The notes under the pieces were generated by a model. The model did no database searches. It was not told the origin of the DNA and saw only the letters and a list, made by a program, of their open reading frames with translations. This document shows, one piece after another, positions 13,913-27,118 of a stretch of DNA of 64,000 nt. The position numbers and the translations under genes are program-made. The DNA comes from Camelus dromedarius (Eukaryota), in contig NC_087436.1 of NCBI RefSeq assembly GCF_036321535.1, positions 21,020,001 to 21,084,000 of the forward strand, in the 5' to 3' direction. Position 1 is the stretch's first letter; every line of letters begins with the position of its first letter.

Positions 13913-15583
13913 ACCTGAAACACATGGAGAGTGCAGTGTCTTGGATGCCAAGGGATGACAGTGCTTCCAGAAAAGGGTAATCGTCAGTAATGCCAAATGC
14001 TGCTGAAAGGTCAAATAATTAAATAAAAACTTGTAAGCGTTCACTGGCTTTAGCAAAAAATGAGTCATCAGTGACCTTGGCAAGAGCATCTTCAGTGGAA
14101 TAAAAAGATGTCTATTTCTACTAAATGAGAAAGAACAAAGGATTAACAAATTGTGCTACCTCTTCAAGGACTTCTTTCAGCAATGTCGGGAGCTGTCGAT
14201 ACTCTTGATTGGAGTGAAGGCAGTCAAGAAAGACGAGAGAGGTATGAAGCCCACAGCAACACCAGGGAGGTCACTGTTATTGGAAAAAATCTGAAACGAG
14301 TAGAAACAAAAACAGGCTACAGGCTTAGTTTTCATGAGGAATGCACTTATAATGAGGAACTAGCAGTGTTAAAGACGCAGATAAACAACTTGAACCTACA
14401 TTTAAAGACATGATCATCATGTCTTTAAAGGGAGACTACTCACCATATGTTTGTGAAAACAAATTTCATCCATTATCTTTGAAAAAAATCTGTATTTATA
14501 TCAATAGATATGTAGATAGACACATTTAATTTACTCATTTTTTGAAAAGGAAAAATAAACTGACCCTTGTTTTTGATGTGTACCTGACCCCTTGCATCAT
14601 ATACATTCTTGTTCCCAAATTAAATTAAAATTTCCATATGCCAATAATATCAACCACAAATGAAAGAAATACTGAATACCTATGAAAATATATAAAATTA
14701 TGTATTATATATGTTACACGTAACACATGTAGTAAAGTATGTATTTATTAGTTATAAATACCAAAAATGATGCTGAAACAGAGAAATCATAAACTCCTAG
14801 AACCATGATAGGCAAAATTTTAGACATCCTTTATGTGATATGTACAAGCAAATCAGCAGCCTTCAAAAATTTTCATCTTCTTTGGTCTAATAATACCAGT
14901 ATTGGAAATATATCCAAGAGGAAGTAATCTGAAATGCCAAAAGTAAATTTTGGGGGAAGAAAAGTGTAAAAATTTGCAGGAATGTAAATATGCTAGGCAT
15001 TTTCATTTGACCCACAAGACATCATCAACTTCTTTCCAGACTACTCTGTGCAAGGAGCAGTTGACCTGTTCAGATCGCATCAAAGGAGTCCTGCTCTGGT
15101 TTCCAGTTAGGTCTGGTCAATGGGAGGCATAGACAGGGAAACAATCAGGAGATGGGAGAAGAGTAAAATTGGGATATTCTCTACCATGAATCTCTGCTCT
15201 TTGGATCTCCAAGGGTTGGCTAGTTTTCTGTGCCCCTCTCCCCAGAGCCTTAACTCCAAAGAGGCAGCTCACTCCATACATCTGCTCTCTCCAGTTTCCT
15301 TTCCCTCCACACGCATTATTGCTAATACTCCAGGGCATTATGCCATCCCTTCCTTGCTTCCCTAAACCCTGCCCATACTACTGTAAATTATTCCTCTATA
15401 AAAGTCTTCAGATGGGGATATAGAGCAACAGAACTCTCATTCATTTGGCAGTTTCATACAAAACTAAGCATAACCTTACCACACAATCCAGCAATCACAC
15501 TTCTAGGTGTTTACTCAACTAATTTGAAATTTTGTGTCTAGACAAAAACCAGCACATAAATGTTTATAGCAGCTTTCTTTACA

Positions 15584-16160
15584 CAGTTGACCTTTGAACA
15601 ACGTGGGTTAAAGGCACTGATTCCCCATATGGTAGAAAATCCCTGTAACTTTTGACTTCCCTCAAACTTACATGTATTATATACTGTATTCTTTTAAAAT
15701 TATATTTATATATATATATATTATTGACGTTTAGTCAGTTTACAATGTTGTGCAATTTCTGGTGTACAGCACAACAGTTCAATCATATAGGAACATATAT
15801 TTTTTTCATAATCTCTTTCACCATAAGTTACTACAATATATTGAATATAGTTCCCTGTGCTATACAGTATAAACTTGTTTATACTGTATTCTTATAATAA
15901 AGTTAGCTAGAGGTAAGAAAATGTTACTAAGAAAATCATAAGGAAGAGAAAATACATTTACAATACTGCATTGATAGATGCTGTAAGTTTATGTCATCTG
16001 TTTACAAGATGAACCATCTATCAGTACCTATATCAATATTGTCTTATATGATACAAAACACTATACATATTACACATATTACTAACACTAAACATCAGAA
16101 GTGAAAAGATACTGTAAAAAAGAAATTCATTTTTATTTATAAATATAACATGTCACGCAT
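15584..16160 (-). mobile_element. Tigger2-family DNA transposon relic interrupted by an L1 3' end
   Basis: Terminal inverted repeat cagttgacctttgaacaac at 15584; aagaaaatcataaggaagagaaaatacattta matches recalled Tigger2a; right boundary approximate. Confidence 0.7.
15694..15879 (-). mobile_element. L1 3' end inserted in Tigger2
   Basis: Perfect 14-bp TSD tatactgtattctt at 15680-15693 and 15880-15893. Confidence 0.88.
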
Positions 16161-16239
16161 TGGTCGCCTACTGTCTTATCTGTTATTCTAGTTTTACGAT
16201 TTCAGAATTCTGGGATAGCTAAGGAAAGCCACGTTTATT

Positions 16240-16371
16240 CAGGAGGAAGCACCCCTGCCAACCCCTTGATTTGGGATTTCCCAGCCTCCAGAACTGTGAG
16301 AAAATGAATTTCTTTTGTTTCAGCCTCCAGTCTGTGGTATTTTGTCATGGCAGCCCTATCTAATCAATACA
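16240..16371 (+). mobile_element. MLT1 LTR 3' fragment
   Basis: ccagcctccagaactgtgagaaaatgaatttc...gtggtattttgtcatggcagccct...aataca. Confidence 0.7.
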
Positions 16372-16679
16372 CTGCATCACTGTTAAGATTTAAGTCTCAT
16401 TTCTCTGCATCTTTTTCAATCTTATTCTCTACATTGTGTGATTTTATAGTTTCTACTAATAATTATTTGTTCCTGAAAATGGTACCACTGTGAAAATAAT
16501 TTATGTCTTAATCTGACATTACCTCAATTAAAAACATTGAAAAAAATTGGTTTCAATTGAAATTTATTGATGCTAAAAATAATTGAATTTGTTCCACAGA
16601 TAAATTTATGTGGATAAATGTGAAAATTTACACATAATCTCAAAACAAATAAACAAAAAAAAAAACACATAGAGAAAGA

Positions 16680-16832
16680 ATGCACATTAGAATCACCTGG
16701 GAAATTCTCAAAATGATTGATACCTAAATCTAACCCCAAAGTACTGGTTTAAAATTCTGGGATGCAGTCTGGTCACCAGAATGATAAAATCTCCCCCAGG
16801 TAATTCTAATGCCCAGCATGTGGCAGAATAAA
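16680..16832. mobile_element. MER5A-like hAT relic
   Basis: tgcacattagaatcacctggga...ctcccccaggtaattctaatg. Confidence 0.6.
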
Positions 16833-18722
16833 CTATTTGTTAAATCTGCAAAAAGCTTTAAAGATGTCAGTTGAATCCTTTCTTTGATAATTTAATCTAC
16901 ATTTTATGTGACACTATAAATGTTACATGATTCTGTGACTGTTTCCCTCTCTCTCATCTGTTTGTTGAAATAAAGATGTTCCAGAGTAATTCTTTAAGTT
17001 TTACCTTAATAAGACTAATTTTAATAAACATTCTAGCTGTTTGGTGTAAAAATTTTAATGCTGATGCACTATAAGAAAAATGAATTTTTCACTCTTAAAA
17101 TGCTAGTCTCTCATGTAGATAATTTAGGATGTTCATATGAAAATATCTGTTTAGAAAGGTGAAATACATTCACCTTCTCAGTTGCTGGTACATCTTTTTG
17201 AATTGAATACTAGAAAACATGATTTGGGTGGAAATATATCTCAGAATTACATTGTGTTTTACCTGCAGAACCTGGGGGTGGAAATATTAATATTTACCAT
17301 ATAATCCTGAAATAGATATGTTATTTAATGCTATCAAAGTCTATATTATTAGTGTTTTTGTTTTTGTATGTTAACTATGATCATTTAAGTTACTGGTTTT
17401 GCTTTATAAAATTTTAATATGTCAAACTGTTTCTAATCAGATACTTTTAACTTACTGTGATGTTCTGGGTTTTTGTTATTAAATAGTGATTTTATTGCCA
17501 ATGTATTAAACAAATGTAGCAAGTTTATCATTCTTGGAGACAAATAAGTATAATTTAGATTCTTTTTTACCTCTCTAACTTCATCCCTTACATTTTGGTT
17601 TCATGTTTAGTGTAGCTCCATGTCTTTAGCATTATGGTTAATGATTAATTGATGCATGTAAGTTCAGAGAAATGTTGAGGTGATTTAAAAGGATTAAATA
17701 AGGAACATTCAGGACCCTGATCATGTATACTTAAAATCTGATATAAAAAATGTGAATTAAGTAGAAATATCCATGATAGAAGTGCTTCTGTTGTTGTTTT
17801 GTTTTGTCTTGCTTTGTCTTTAAGTGTATTTTTTATTTTGGGGGTCAAAAGGGAGGCAATTATTTATATGGAAGGAAATTATACCTTTGGGATAAATAAG
17901 TAGATATCAAGTATCAAAAATTACTGTGTAGAGTTTAGTAGTCATAGTTAACTTTGCTTTAAAAATTAGCCTGACAAGCTTTGCGCTTTGGTCATAAAAC
18001 TGCCCGTATACAAAATTAGCTTAATGGATCCACACATTCAGAATATGCAGCCACAGATTTATTCTCTGAGAAATCTTATGGGAAGTTTCATGTGTTATTC
18101 CAGATGAATTATATTATCAGACAAGTGCTTTAAAATACTTGGATTATTTCAAGATGTTTAAAGCTAATAATAAAAGTTAAAACAGTTAAAGGCCATTTTT
18201 AATGGCAAATTCTTGTTACATAAATAGAATATTAAAGGTTGTTTGTATCTATATCAATGTGAGACCAAGATTTGTTTTCTATCTCCCCAATTTTATAAAC
18301 ATCCAGTTTTTCTTTTATAAACTATATTACTCTGAAGTCAATTGAATTTTGCCTAATCAATTAGATGAATAAAACCCTAAGCAATTAATATTTTACAGTG
18401 TTAGGGTGAAACTGAAAATGTGTTCTTGGTAGAATTTTCACTTATGGTTGGAATATTTTTATAGAACCATCAAGAGTATGTAATACTCTAGGTTTTTTAG
18501 CTTACCAACTTCTTAAAGTACAACAATGTATCTTGGAGAATTATGGGAGGAAAGATCTTTTTAAAATCTTACTCCGTAGTCTTACCTCAGATCATTTGAA
18601 TAGAGATTCACTGAGCCATTGCTGGTAGACTGTGTACAGCTATAGAGAGATTTGTGTAAAAGTGAGTGTAACAGGGAATTAGGGCTCTCACTTTTTATTT
18701 TTATTTTGGATATAGTGATGCC

Positions 18723-18932
18723 TTTTTTTATTGAAGTATAGTCAGTTTACAATGTTGTGTCAATTTCTGGTGTATAGCATCATGTTTCAGTCATACATGA
18801 ACATACGTATATTCCCTTCCATATTCTTTTTCATTGTAGGTTACTACAAGACACTAAATATAGTTGCCTGTGCTATGTAGTGTAAACTTGTTGTTTATCT
18901 ATTTTATGTATAGTAGTTAGTTTCTACAAATC
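18723..18932 (-). mobile_element. L1 3' end
   Basis: T-run then attgaagtatagtcagtttacaatgttgtgtcaatttctgg. Confidence 0.85.
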
Positions 18933-19747
18933 TATTGCCTTCACTGTTCGAGATTTGGGGTGTTTTTGGTGTTGAGATGTTGTTACTTTCTGTACAGGTT
19001 TTGGGATCGTGGTGTAAGTTTGTAATAGGATTCCAAGTTGCTTCTCTTTATATTGACCATTTTCAAGAGATTCTAAAGGGAAGTCTCAGCAGTGTTTTTA
19101 AAATAGCCTTCTAGGTTGTCTGCTGGCTTGCCGAGGTATCTGTTGCCTTTTTATGTTAAGCAAAAGAACTTGAATGTTTTATCTAATAATTCAACTGCCA
19201 GTATGCCAAATTTGTAAATATGAAAATGGCTGTTAGAGGTGTCATTCATGCATATTCAGTGGTAGTCAGCAGTAGATGTTTTAACAAGCAAAATTCAACA
19301 ATTTTTTTTCTCTTTTTTCCTTACATACTTGTCTGCTCTTACCTGAGTAGTGATATTTGATTTTTTTTTCTCCTAACCCCAGGCTTCACCATTTGCTGGT
19401 GGAAAATCAGAGAGATGTAGTAGCAAGCAATTATCTGAGATCAATATTAGCACATTACTCATCCCCTAGGTCTCCCTGGAATGTATATAAAAGTATAGAT
19501 TAAAATGTGTAAATTAGTGTTAATTTTACCTTGCATGTGAGAGGGTGATGAGAGGGTGTATTGTTTCACATTCTCTTTCCTCCTGTAGAAATTTGTGTGT
19601 CAGGAAATGTTCTCGCTCTTTGGTTTTGGACTGGTCATGATGTTGTATTTTGTACTCTGTAGTTTAGCTCTCTTTGCATGAAGCACATTTCCAGCTGATC
19701 TCTTCTTAAAAGAATACACTGCTACCTTCTGGATTTTTCTGAACAAG

Positions 19748-20241
19748 TGTAATAGGGAAGAACAAATCTAACTCCATGTTAATTTGTTCCTTTAGCTCTA
19801 AACCTGTGCTCTGTTTCCAGTGGTGAGTCATGCTGGTTCTTCATCTTTTGTAATAGAATGTTGCCTATGGCCTAAAACTTACAGAATAGCCCATTCGCAA
19901 GGCTCTGACCTTTAAGGGTATAACACTTTCCCATTTGTATAGAGATAAAAAGTTGCACGTCTTGCTGGAGGTTTACCAGAACATCATAACCTGACCTAGG
20001 TGGGCAGCTGCAAGAACAAAGGATTCTGACACCAAGAAGTTTGCAACAACTAACCACACTCCTTCCTCTTTTTAGTATAAAAGGAGTCTGAATTCTGACG
20101 TGGGTAAGATGGTTCTTTAGGATGCTATTACCCTGTCTTCTCTGTCTGCTGGTTTTCCCAATAAAGTCATTATTCCTTGACACAACAGCTCATCTCCCAA
20201 ATTATTGATGTGTCGGGGTGAGCAATTTGGACTCAATAACA
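19748..20241 (+). mobile_element. ERV1-like solo LTR (family A, copy 1)
   Basis: Begins tgtaata, ends aataaca; TATA box (agtataaaa) and aataaa present; similar along its length to 25290-25816. Confidence 0.85.
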
Positions 20242-20664
20242 GCAGTGCTTTCATTTTCTTATCCTGCAAATTGCAGTTCTTTTCTAGGGCTCATGAAAGT
20301 CTTAGTTCTTCTGGGAGCCTTGGATTTCAAGGTCGGAGATTTACTCCACTGGCTGAACAGGAAGTGAACAGACGGTTTGGAGCCAGATAGAGTCTGACCT
20401 GAATGTGCTCCTCACTGGCTGGCAATTCATGCTTGTTCTCCCAGGCTTTGCTTCCTCCTGATCTTTCCATTTATCTAGAAACAACTTCCTGTGGCCTAAC
20501 CTATTAGACACCAGTTGGGTTTAGGACTGTATGCTCAGATCAGAAGAGGTATTCAATACATATTTGTTGAATATAGCCTATTCAACAAGTTATCTTAAAA
20601 ATTTCAACTTCTTGCCCAGGTGGAATTCTAACACTTGAGCAATAACTGCTGCTAGAGAACTTTT

Positions 20665-21602
20665 TTTTTCACTTGCCCCAACTTTATTAAAGAAAAAGCA
20701 ACGATGGTAATCTCTGGAACATAGTCAGCTTTCTGGGATTCTTCCCTCGAAAACATGACATTTCCAAACACATGCCAGAGCGTCCCTGGTTCCCAGCTGT
20801 ACTAAGTAGGTGAGAAGCTGAAATCCTAAAACGTTCATCTGCAACTTTCCCCAGTCTGTGGTCTGTCTGTGGATTGGCAGTAATCGCCTGAACAGCTACT
20901 ATGGCTTTGTTAATTTTTGTCTGTAGTTCTCTGAGCTCTTTTATGTGCGGCAATCGCAGAATCTGAGCAGCATCGTTAAGAACTGCATCTCCTGTGTCAA
21001 AACCAGGAATATGCTTATCTAAAGCAACAGACAGGCCACCTTTTGTTTGATTTGCTTTAGCAACTGCATCCTGTTTCAGGCACTCCTGGACCAAAATGCG
21101 AATTGCCTTAAGCATTACCAGGTAATCGTCCTGACTCTAATCTGAGGGTTAGCCAAAGCAGTTACACCAGCCTTAAAATCAGGATTATTTATATCCAAAT
21201 TGATCAATGGCTCTGCATTTTTAGCTGCACTGTCAGCATTTTTTGTATTATCAGGTACCAAGTCCTTGTATTTTTCAGCATTGCCTCCATATTCAAGTCT
21301 AACAGCTAAACCAAGAAGCCAGTCGATTGCTTCTTGTCAATCTTGAATCTTGAAAGGACAGTGAACATCTCTGAGATACTTTTCAAAGAACTTGGGCCAG
21401 TCACTGCTATGGATGTTTCATAAATTACCTCTGTCTTCAGTCTTGTAGTGTCTGATTTTCTGGTCTTCAAGCCAATCAATAAAGTTTTAAATTCTGTTTC
21501 ATCTTTGCAATTTTAGCCGGCAGGGTTGTGGTAGTCGAGGGCCGTCAGCTTGTGACCGAACATGGTCCCGGAAGCTCTCTCTTCGGCCGGGAGAGGAGAG
21601 GC
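20665..21602 (-). pseudogene. RTRAF: Processed pseudogene of RTRAF (C14orf166/hCLE/CGI-99)
   Basis: Minus strand from ATG 21563 reads MFGHKLTALDYHNPAG*NCKDETEF...MLKAIRILVQE...LRELQTKIN...TDHRLGKV. Intronless; stops at 21513-21515 and 21337-21339; frameshifts near 21140 and just before the ancestral stop (20835-20837); AATAAA at 20683-20688; poly(A) remnant; TSD ctaga(g/a)aactttt at 20652-20664 and 21603-21615. Confidence 0.95.
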
Positions 21603-23317
21603 CTAGAAAACTTTTAAAAGCAAAAAAGAAGCCAAAGCCAAATCCTGTATTAAACTTTTAAATGTTTAATATTTAATAATATTTCTTATCCGGGTGCCAT
21701 ACTGTATTATAATGGCATAGTTTCCCCTCTTCAAAAAATATGTGGGGAAAATAAGATAACCTAATTATCATCAGTCCTCCTTTTAGTTTGTGATTATATA
21801 ATATTCACCATTTTAATTTAGCATACATTATCACCTCTTTCAATTCTAGTCATGAATAAACATATTTCAAGGTGTACCATGGAATGTAGGACAGATTTTA
21901 ATATGCTATTTTAGGGTATATATATATATATATATCCACTTGGCATTGCATTGTATTTCTCTCCTTTCAAATTCTTTGGTGCTAACATTTCTTTCTTAGT
22001 TAGGGACTGTTTGTTCAGTTACTGTCAATCAACAGAACTCAATGAATTAAGTTTAAGCAAAAGAAAAAAATGTAAGACTGTCTCATGAAACTCAATGGTA
22101 GGAGAAACAATCAGGTCTCACAAAGAACTGGAACCAGGGACTGAAAGTTAATAAACGAGGTTATTTTCTCTCTCTCTTCTGGGGTCACAGAACCCTCGAT
22201 TTCTACTGACACTTCATATATGCCACATTTCTCTCTCTCCCTCTCTGTCTCTCCCTCTCTCCCTCTCTCTCACTTTCTCTGTTTTAGTGTGCTCATGATT
22301 GCCGAGACCCAGTTTTAAATGGTCTCTCTAATTAAAAGTCCAACAGAAGTTAACTAAAGTCCCTGTGTTCCAATTCCTAGGAAAGAGATCTTTAATGACC
22401 TACTTTGAATGTGATGTCCATACCTGTTCCAATAAGCTGCAGCCAGTGTGAATGAACTCAGATGACCTAGGATGAAGGGAGTGTGTGCAGGTCATCTAGG
22501 AGGGTGTTATTATGTTGATTTTAAAAGAGCATACCCCTATTTGTAATACAGATATAAGCCTGCAAGAATGTGTGTCCTCTCCCTTTCTACGATTACCCGT
22601 AAAGAAGCCAGCATACTGCTTCTTCTTGACCACTTGTCCAAGTACTGATTCTTGACTTTTTTAGAAGTGAAGAATCCTGAGAGGGGGATATAAGATGATA
22701 TAAGAAAAGTCCAGTTGTCTGGGGTGCAATGAGGAAGCTCAGTATTGTATCTGACCCTCCACCTAGCCCCAGTGACACATCTATCAGTGATGAGTCACAC
22801 ACAGAGCATATGAACAACTCTGCCTCATTTTTGCCGTCTTTCTGTCTCCAGACTTCCCTTGCAAACTTATCCCTGCCTGTTAAGCAATTCCTAGTATTAA
22901 ACAAAGGCAAATTCTCTTCTTCACAAGCCAGCAGAGAGATGCATTAGTGCTTTGTTTGGTATGTAAAAAAATAATTTGGACTAATCAGAGATCAGAGCTG
23001 AGACAAATCTTAGCATATGCCCTGCTTCCCATATTCATAGAGACCTTTGATGGCTGGCTGACTTGGAAAAGAACGTTCTTTGTTTCAGTGTTGTTGTTAC
23101 TGTTGTCTGTTTCCTCAGGGCTAAGTTTCTTCACTGATAAATGGTGGTGATAATAATCATAACTACCTAACGGTGCTGCTGAAAAATTTTAGAACAGTCC
23201 CTAAAATATGTTAAGCACTTACTAAATGTTAGCTGTTATTATCTTTGACACAGATAAAGCAGTACTGAAAAGAAAAATCCATTACCTTAAACACTTATAT
23301 TAATAAGCCAAAAAATG

Positions 23318-23848
23318 ATTCAGTTTCATTACTGGTAATTGGTCTGTTCATATTTTCTATTTCTTCCTGGTTCAGTCTTGGGAGACTGTGCCTTTCTAAG
23401 AATTTGTCCTTTTCTTCTAGGTTATCCATTTTATTGACGTGTAGTTGTAGTGGTCTCCTATGATCCTTTGTACTTCTATGGTGTCTGTTGTAACTTCTCC
23501 TTTTTCATTTCTCATTTTATTAATTTGGGCCCTCTCCTTTTTATTCTTGATAAGTCTGATTAAAGGTTTATCAATTTTGTTTATCTTATCAAGGAACCAG
23601 CTTTTCATTTCATTGATCTTTTCTATTTTGTTTTTAGTCTCAGTTTCATTTATTTCTGCTCTGATCTTTATGATTTCTTTCCTTCTGCTAACTTTGGGTT
23701 TTGTTTGTTCTTTCTTCTTTCATTGCTTTAAGTGTAAGGTTAGGTTGTTTGTTGGAGATTTTTATTTTTTCTTGAGGTAATGCTCTAAATTTCCCTCTTA
23801 GAACTGTTTTTGCTGCATCTCATAGGTTTTGGGTCATCATGTTTTCAT
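23318..23848 (-). mobile_element. L1 ORF2 fragment, antisense within an older L1
   Basis: ORF 23417-23608 (-) reads KSWFLDKINKIDKPL.RL.K.K.E..QINK.RNEKGE.TTD, typical of L1 ORF2. Confidence 0.88.
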
Positions 23849-25247
23849 TAAAAAAATTTTTTAAAGGGCCAGATTATGGACACTCTGAAAAGAAAAATAA
23901 ATTTTATACTTAAAAAAATAAGCTACAAAAAATTTTTAAAAATTAAACTCAAAAGGTTAGAAAAACTTAAAAAATGAACTTAAGGACAGGAATTAGAAAA
24001 TCAAAGGGAGAAAACAGGAAAAGGTAGAGACAATAAATATATCCAAGAACTGATTTCTCAGAGAGGAAGTTAACAAAAATAGATAAACTATTAGATAATC
24101 TAATCAAGAAAAGGGAGCACAAAGTTAAAAAGACAAGATATCAAAAACAATAGGTATAAACAAAATTATGATATTATTGAAAATAATTTCTCAATTCTAA
24201 GAAAATAAATTTGAAAACCTGCATGCATGACTATTTTCTGAGAAAATATAAATTACCAAAATTAACTCCAGAAATATAAAAAATCTAAACAGATGAATTA
24301 CCATTAAAAATAGAGAAATTTGTCAGAGCAGCCATTCCCTCAAATAAAGCAATATAATTAATTTCATAGTAGCATTTTACCAAATATTTTAGAAACTAAA
24401 ATCCCAATGTTCTTAAACTATTCTAGAGTACAGAAAAAGGATCCTTTTAGATTATTGTTACAAAACTATAACATTGATACTAAAAACCATCATGATCACA
24501 TAAAAAATTATAAACTACACTCACTTATGAATATAGAAGCAAAATTCCAAATAAAATATTACCAAAAATATTCCGTCAGATATTCAAGGTGATCCACTGT
24601 AAGAAAATCTTATAACTAAGAGTTGTTGATTAAAAGAGAAAAATCGTATTATCATCTCTATAGATGCTGAAAAAGAACTTGATAAATTCAATATCCAGTA
24701 TTGTTAAAAAAGCAAAGGTACAGATCTTAAAATAGGAACAAATGGGTTCTTCCTAAACATGATAGCATTGGTCAGCACCTTGCTCAATGGAAAACATTTA
24801 AAACTGTAGTTAGGAGTAAGACAAAGAGCCTCACTATCACCAATAGTACATGGCAATGCAATAAACACAGAAAATACATAATCAGCATAAAAATTGGAGG
24901 GGAGCAGATAAAATTATCATTTGTGTAGATAATATGATAGTACATGTAGAAAATATCAGAAATTCATCTAAGAAAACTATTCCAAATAATAAGACAAGTT
25001 GGTACAGTGGTGGAGGAAAAAGTAAATATACAGAAGTTAATTGCCTTTACATATATAAACAGCCACCAGGTATATGATGTAAAATAGGTTAAGATACACT
25101 GTATTCAATAACAACAACAAAAATACCTGGGAAAGTAGTTAACAAAATACAAAAGTTGTATCAAGAGTACTTCATAATGGAGGGGACAAAAATAAGAAAA
25201 ACAAAACAAATGGAAAGAAGAATACATGGAAATTCAAATCACATGCT

Positions 25248-26075
25248 AGCAAAAACAAACTAGTGAATATAAGAAAAAAGAAACAGATTTATAACAGAGA
25301 AGAACAAACCTGACTCCATATTGGACCCATTCCTTTAGCTCTAACCTCTATGCTCTGTTGCTTGTGCTTAGGCATGTTGGCTCTGCCCCTTTTATAAAGG
25401 AATGTTGCCTATAGCCTGAAATATACAGAAGAGCCCATTCTCAAGGCTCTGACCTTTAAAGCTATGACACTTCTCCATTCATGTAGAGATTAATTAAGAG
25501 TTACAGAACAGAAAATAACAACTGTCTTGTTGGAGGGTTAAGGAACATTGTGACCAGACCTATGTGGACAGCTGGAAACATAAAGAAGGGATTCTGGCAC
25601 CAAGAAGTGTGCAAAAACCAGCCACATTCCTGCCCTTTTTAGTATAAAAGAAGCCTAAATTCTAGCTTGGGTAAGACGGTTCTTTCAGACACTAGTTCAC
25701 CGTCTTCTCAGTTAGCTGGTTTTCCAAATAAAGTCGCTATTCCTTGCCCCAGTGCCTCATCTCTTAATTTATTGGCCTGTCGTGCAGCAAGCAGTATGAG
25801 CTTGGACTCAGCAACAGACTCACAGATGGTAGAGAACAAACCATTGGTGACATATAGGAAGAAAGTGGGAGGGACAAGATAGGGATAGGGAATTAAGAGG
25901 TGCAACCTATAATGCGTAAAATCAATAATCTACAAGGGTATATTTTATACCACAGGGGCTATAGCCAGTATTGTATCATAACTGTAGACGGAATATAACC
26001 TTTAAAAATTATAAATCACTATGTTGTACACCTAAAACTAATTTAATATTGTACATCAGCTATACTCAATGGAAA
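25248..26075 (+). mobile_element. L1 3' end nested in older L1 and split by an LTR
   Basis: Perfect 12-bp TSD aaatcacatgct at 25236-25247 and 26076-26087; L1 3'UTR reads continuously across the LTR. Confidence 0.85.
25290..25816 (+). mobile_element. ERV1-like solo LTR (family A, copy 2)
   Basis: tataaca...gcaaca termini (initial TG mutated); 4-bp TSD gatt / gact at 25286-25289 and 25817-25820; TATA box and aataaa. Confidence 0.88.
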
Positions 26076-27118
26076 AAATCACATGCTTGTGTCAGAAGGC
26101 CTAACATCGTATATATAAATTAATAATAATTCAACATGATCTCAATAACAAATAGCATCATGATTCTTCTGGAAAGCGAGTGCGTGATTATGCCATGCAT
26201 ATAAAAATAAACGAAGAATAGCCAGATACTGAAATGCATTATGACCCAAACAGATATTAAAATACACAATAAAGATGCTATAATTAAAGCAGTGCAGTGA
26301 TGTAAGATGGTGATACAGGCACAGATGGAGCAATGGAAGAGGACTAAGTCCAGATACAGATCCGAAGGGATAGGCAGTTTAGGAGATGCTAAAAGTCGCC
26401 TTTTGAATTAGTAAGCTATTCAGCAAATGGTGTTTGAACAACTGAATGGCCACCTTGAAAAAAATAATTAACTTTTATTTCTATTTTATATACACCACCA
26501 AAATAAATGCCAGACTGATGGAAGATTTAAATGAATAAAATATGGAATTATAAAAACACAAGGAACAAATGGGAGAATTTTTTTTAACCTCAGAGCGGAG
26601 TACTTTAATTTCAGTCTTTAGATCAAATTGTATCATCAGATGTCATGCTTCCTACTTGGAGCAAGTTGCTTAGCCCCTTAACAGAGTCCATATTAATGCT
26701 GCTGTAAAACACTGTTATGGAGACTGTCTGCCACATCTCTCACTGTAACCTCGCCGTGAAAAAATTCCTTCTAGGTTTTTCCTTCTAAGAAGTGCTCTGC
26801 TTCTCCTGAGGAACTCATGCATCAAGCTTTCCATGTAAGAAACATCAATTCTGTGTCACTTTTTCTTTTGGCTACCTTGAAACTCCCAGTTAAATTTGAA
26901 ACCTGGATCATTGTCTGTTATGACTACGATTCTTACTGTCTTTTTCTTTGTCCCAATTTTCTCTTTATAGTTCAGTATTATATATCCTTGAGTCATTACT
27001 ATGAGCCACCTCACATCTACTATTAATATCCCAAAAGGCAAGGTATTAATAAATACAAATAGCACATCAAATTATCTCGTCTGATCCTCAGAAATGCCTG
27101 GTGTGGGGTAGATAGTAT

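Larger units (their letters stand above)
23880..26580 (+). mobile_element. Ancient degenerate L1 ORF2 region hosting nested insertions
   Basis: A-rich L1 motifs (atcatctctatagatgctgaaaaagaacttgataaattcaa; ctattcagcaaatggtg). Confidence 0.75.

Noticed and set aside
22460..22497. Inverted 9-mers agatgacct / aggtcatct (nuclear-receptor half-sites)
   Set aside because: The 20-nt spacing is non-canonical and there is no other support.
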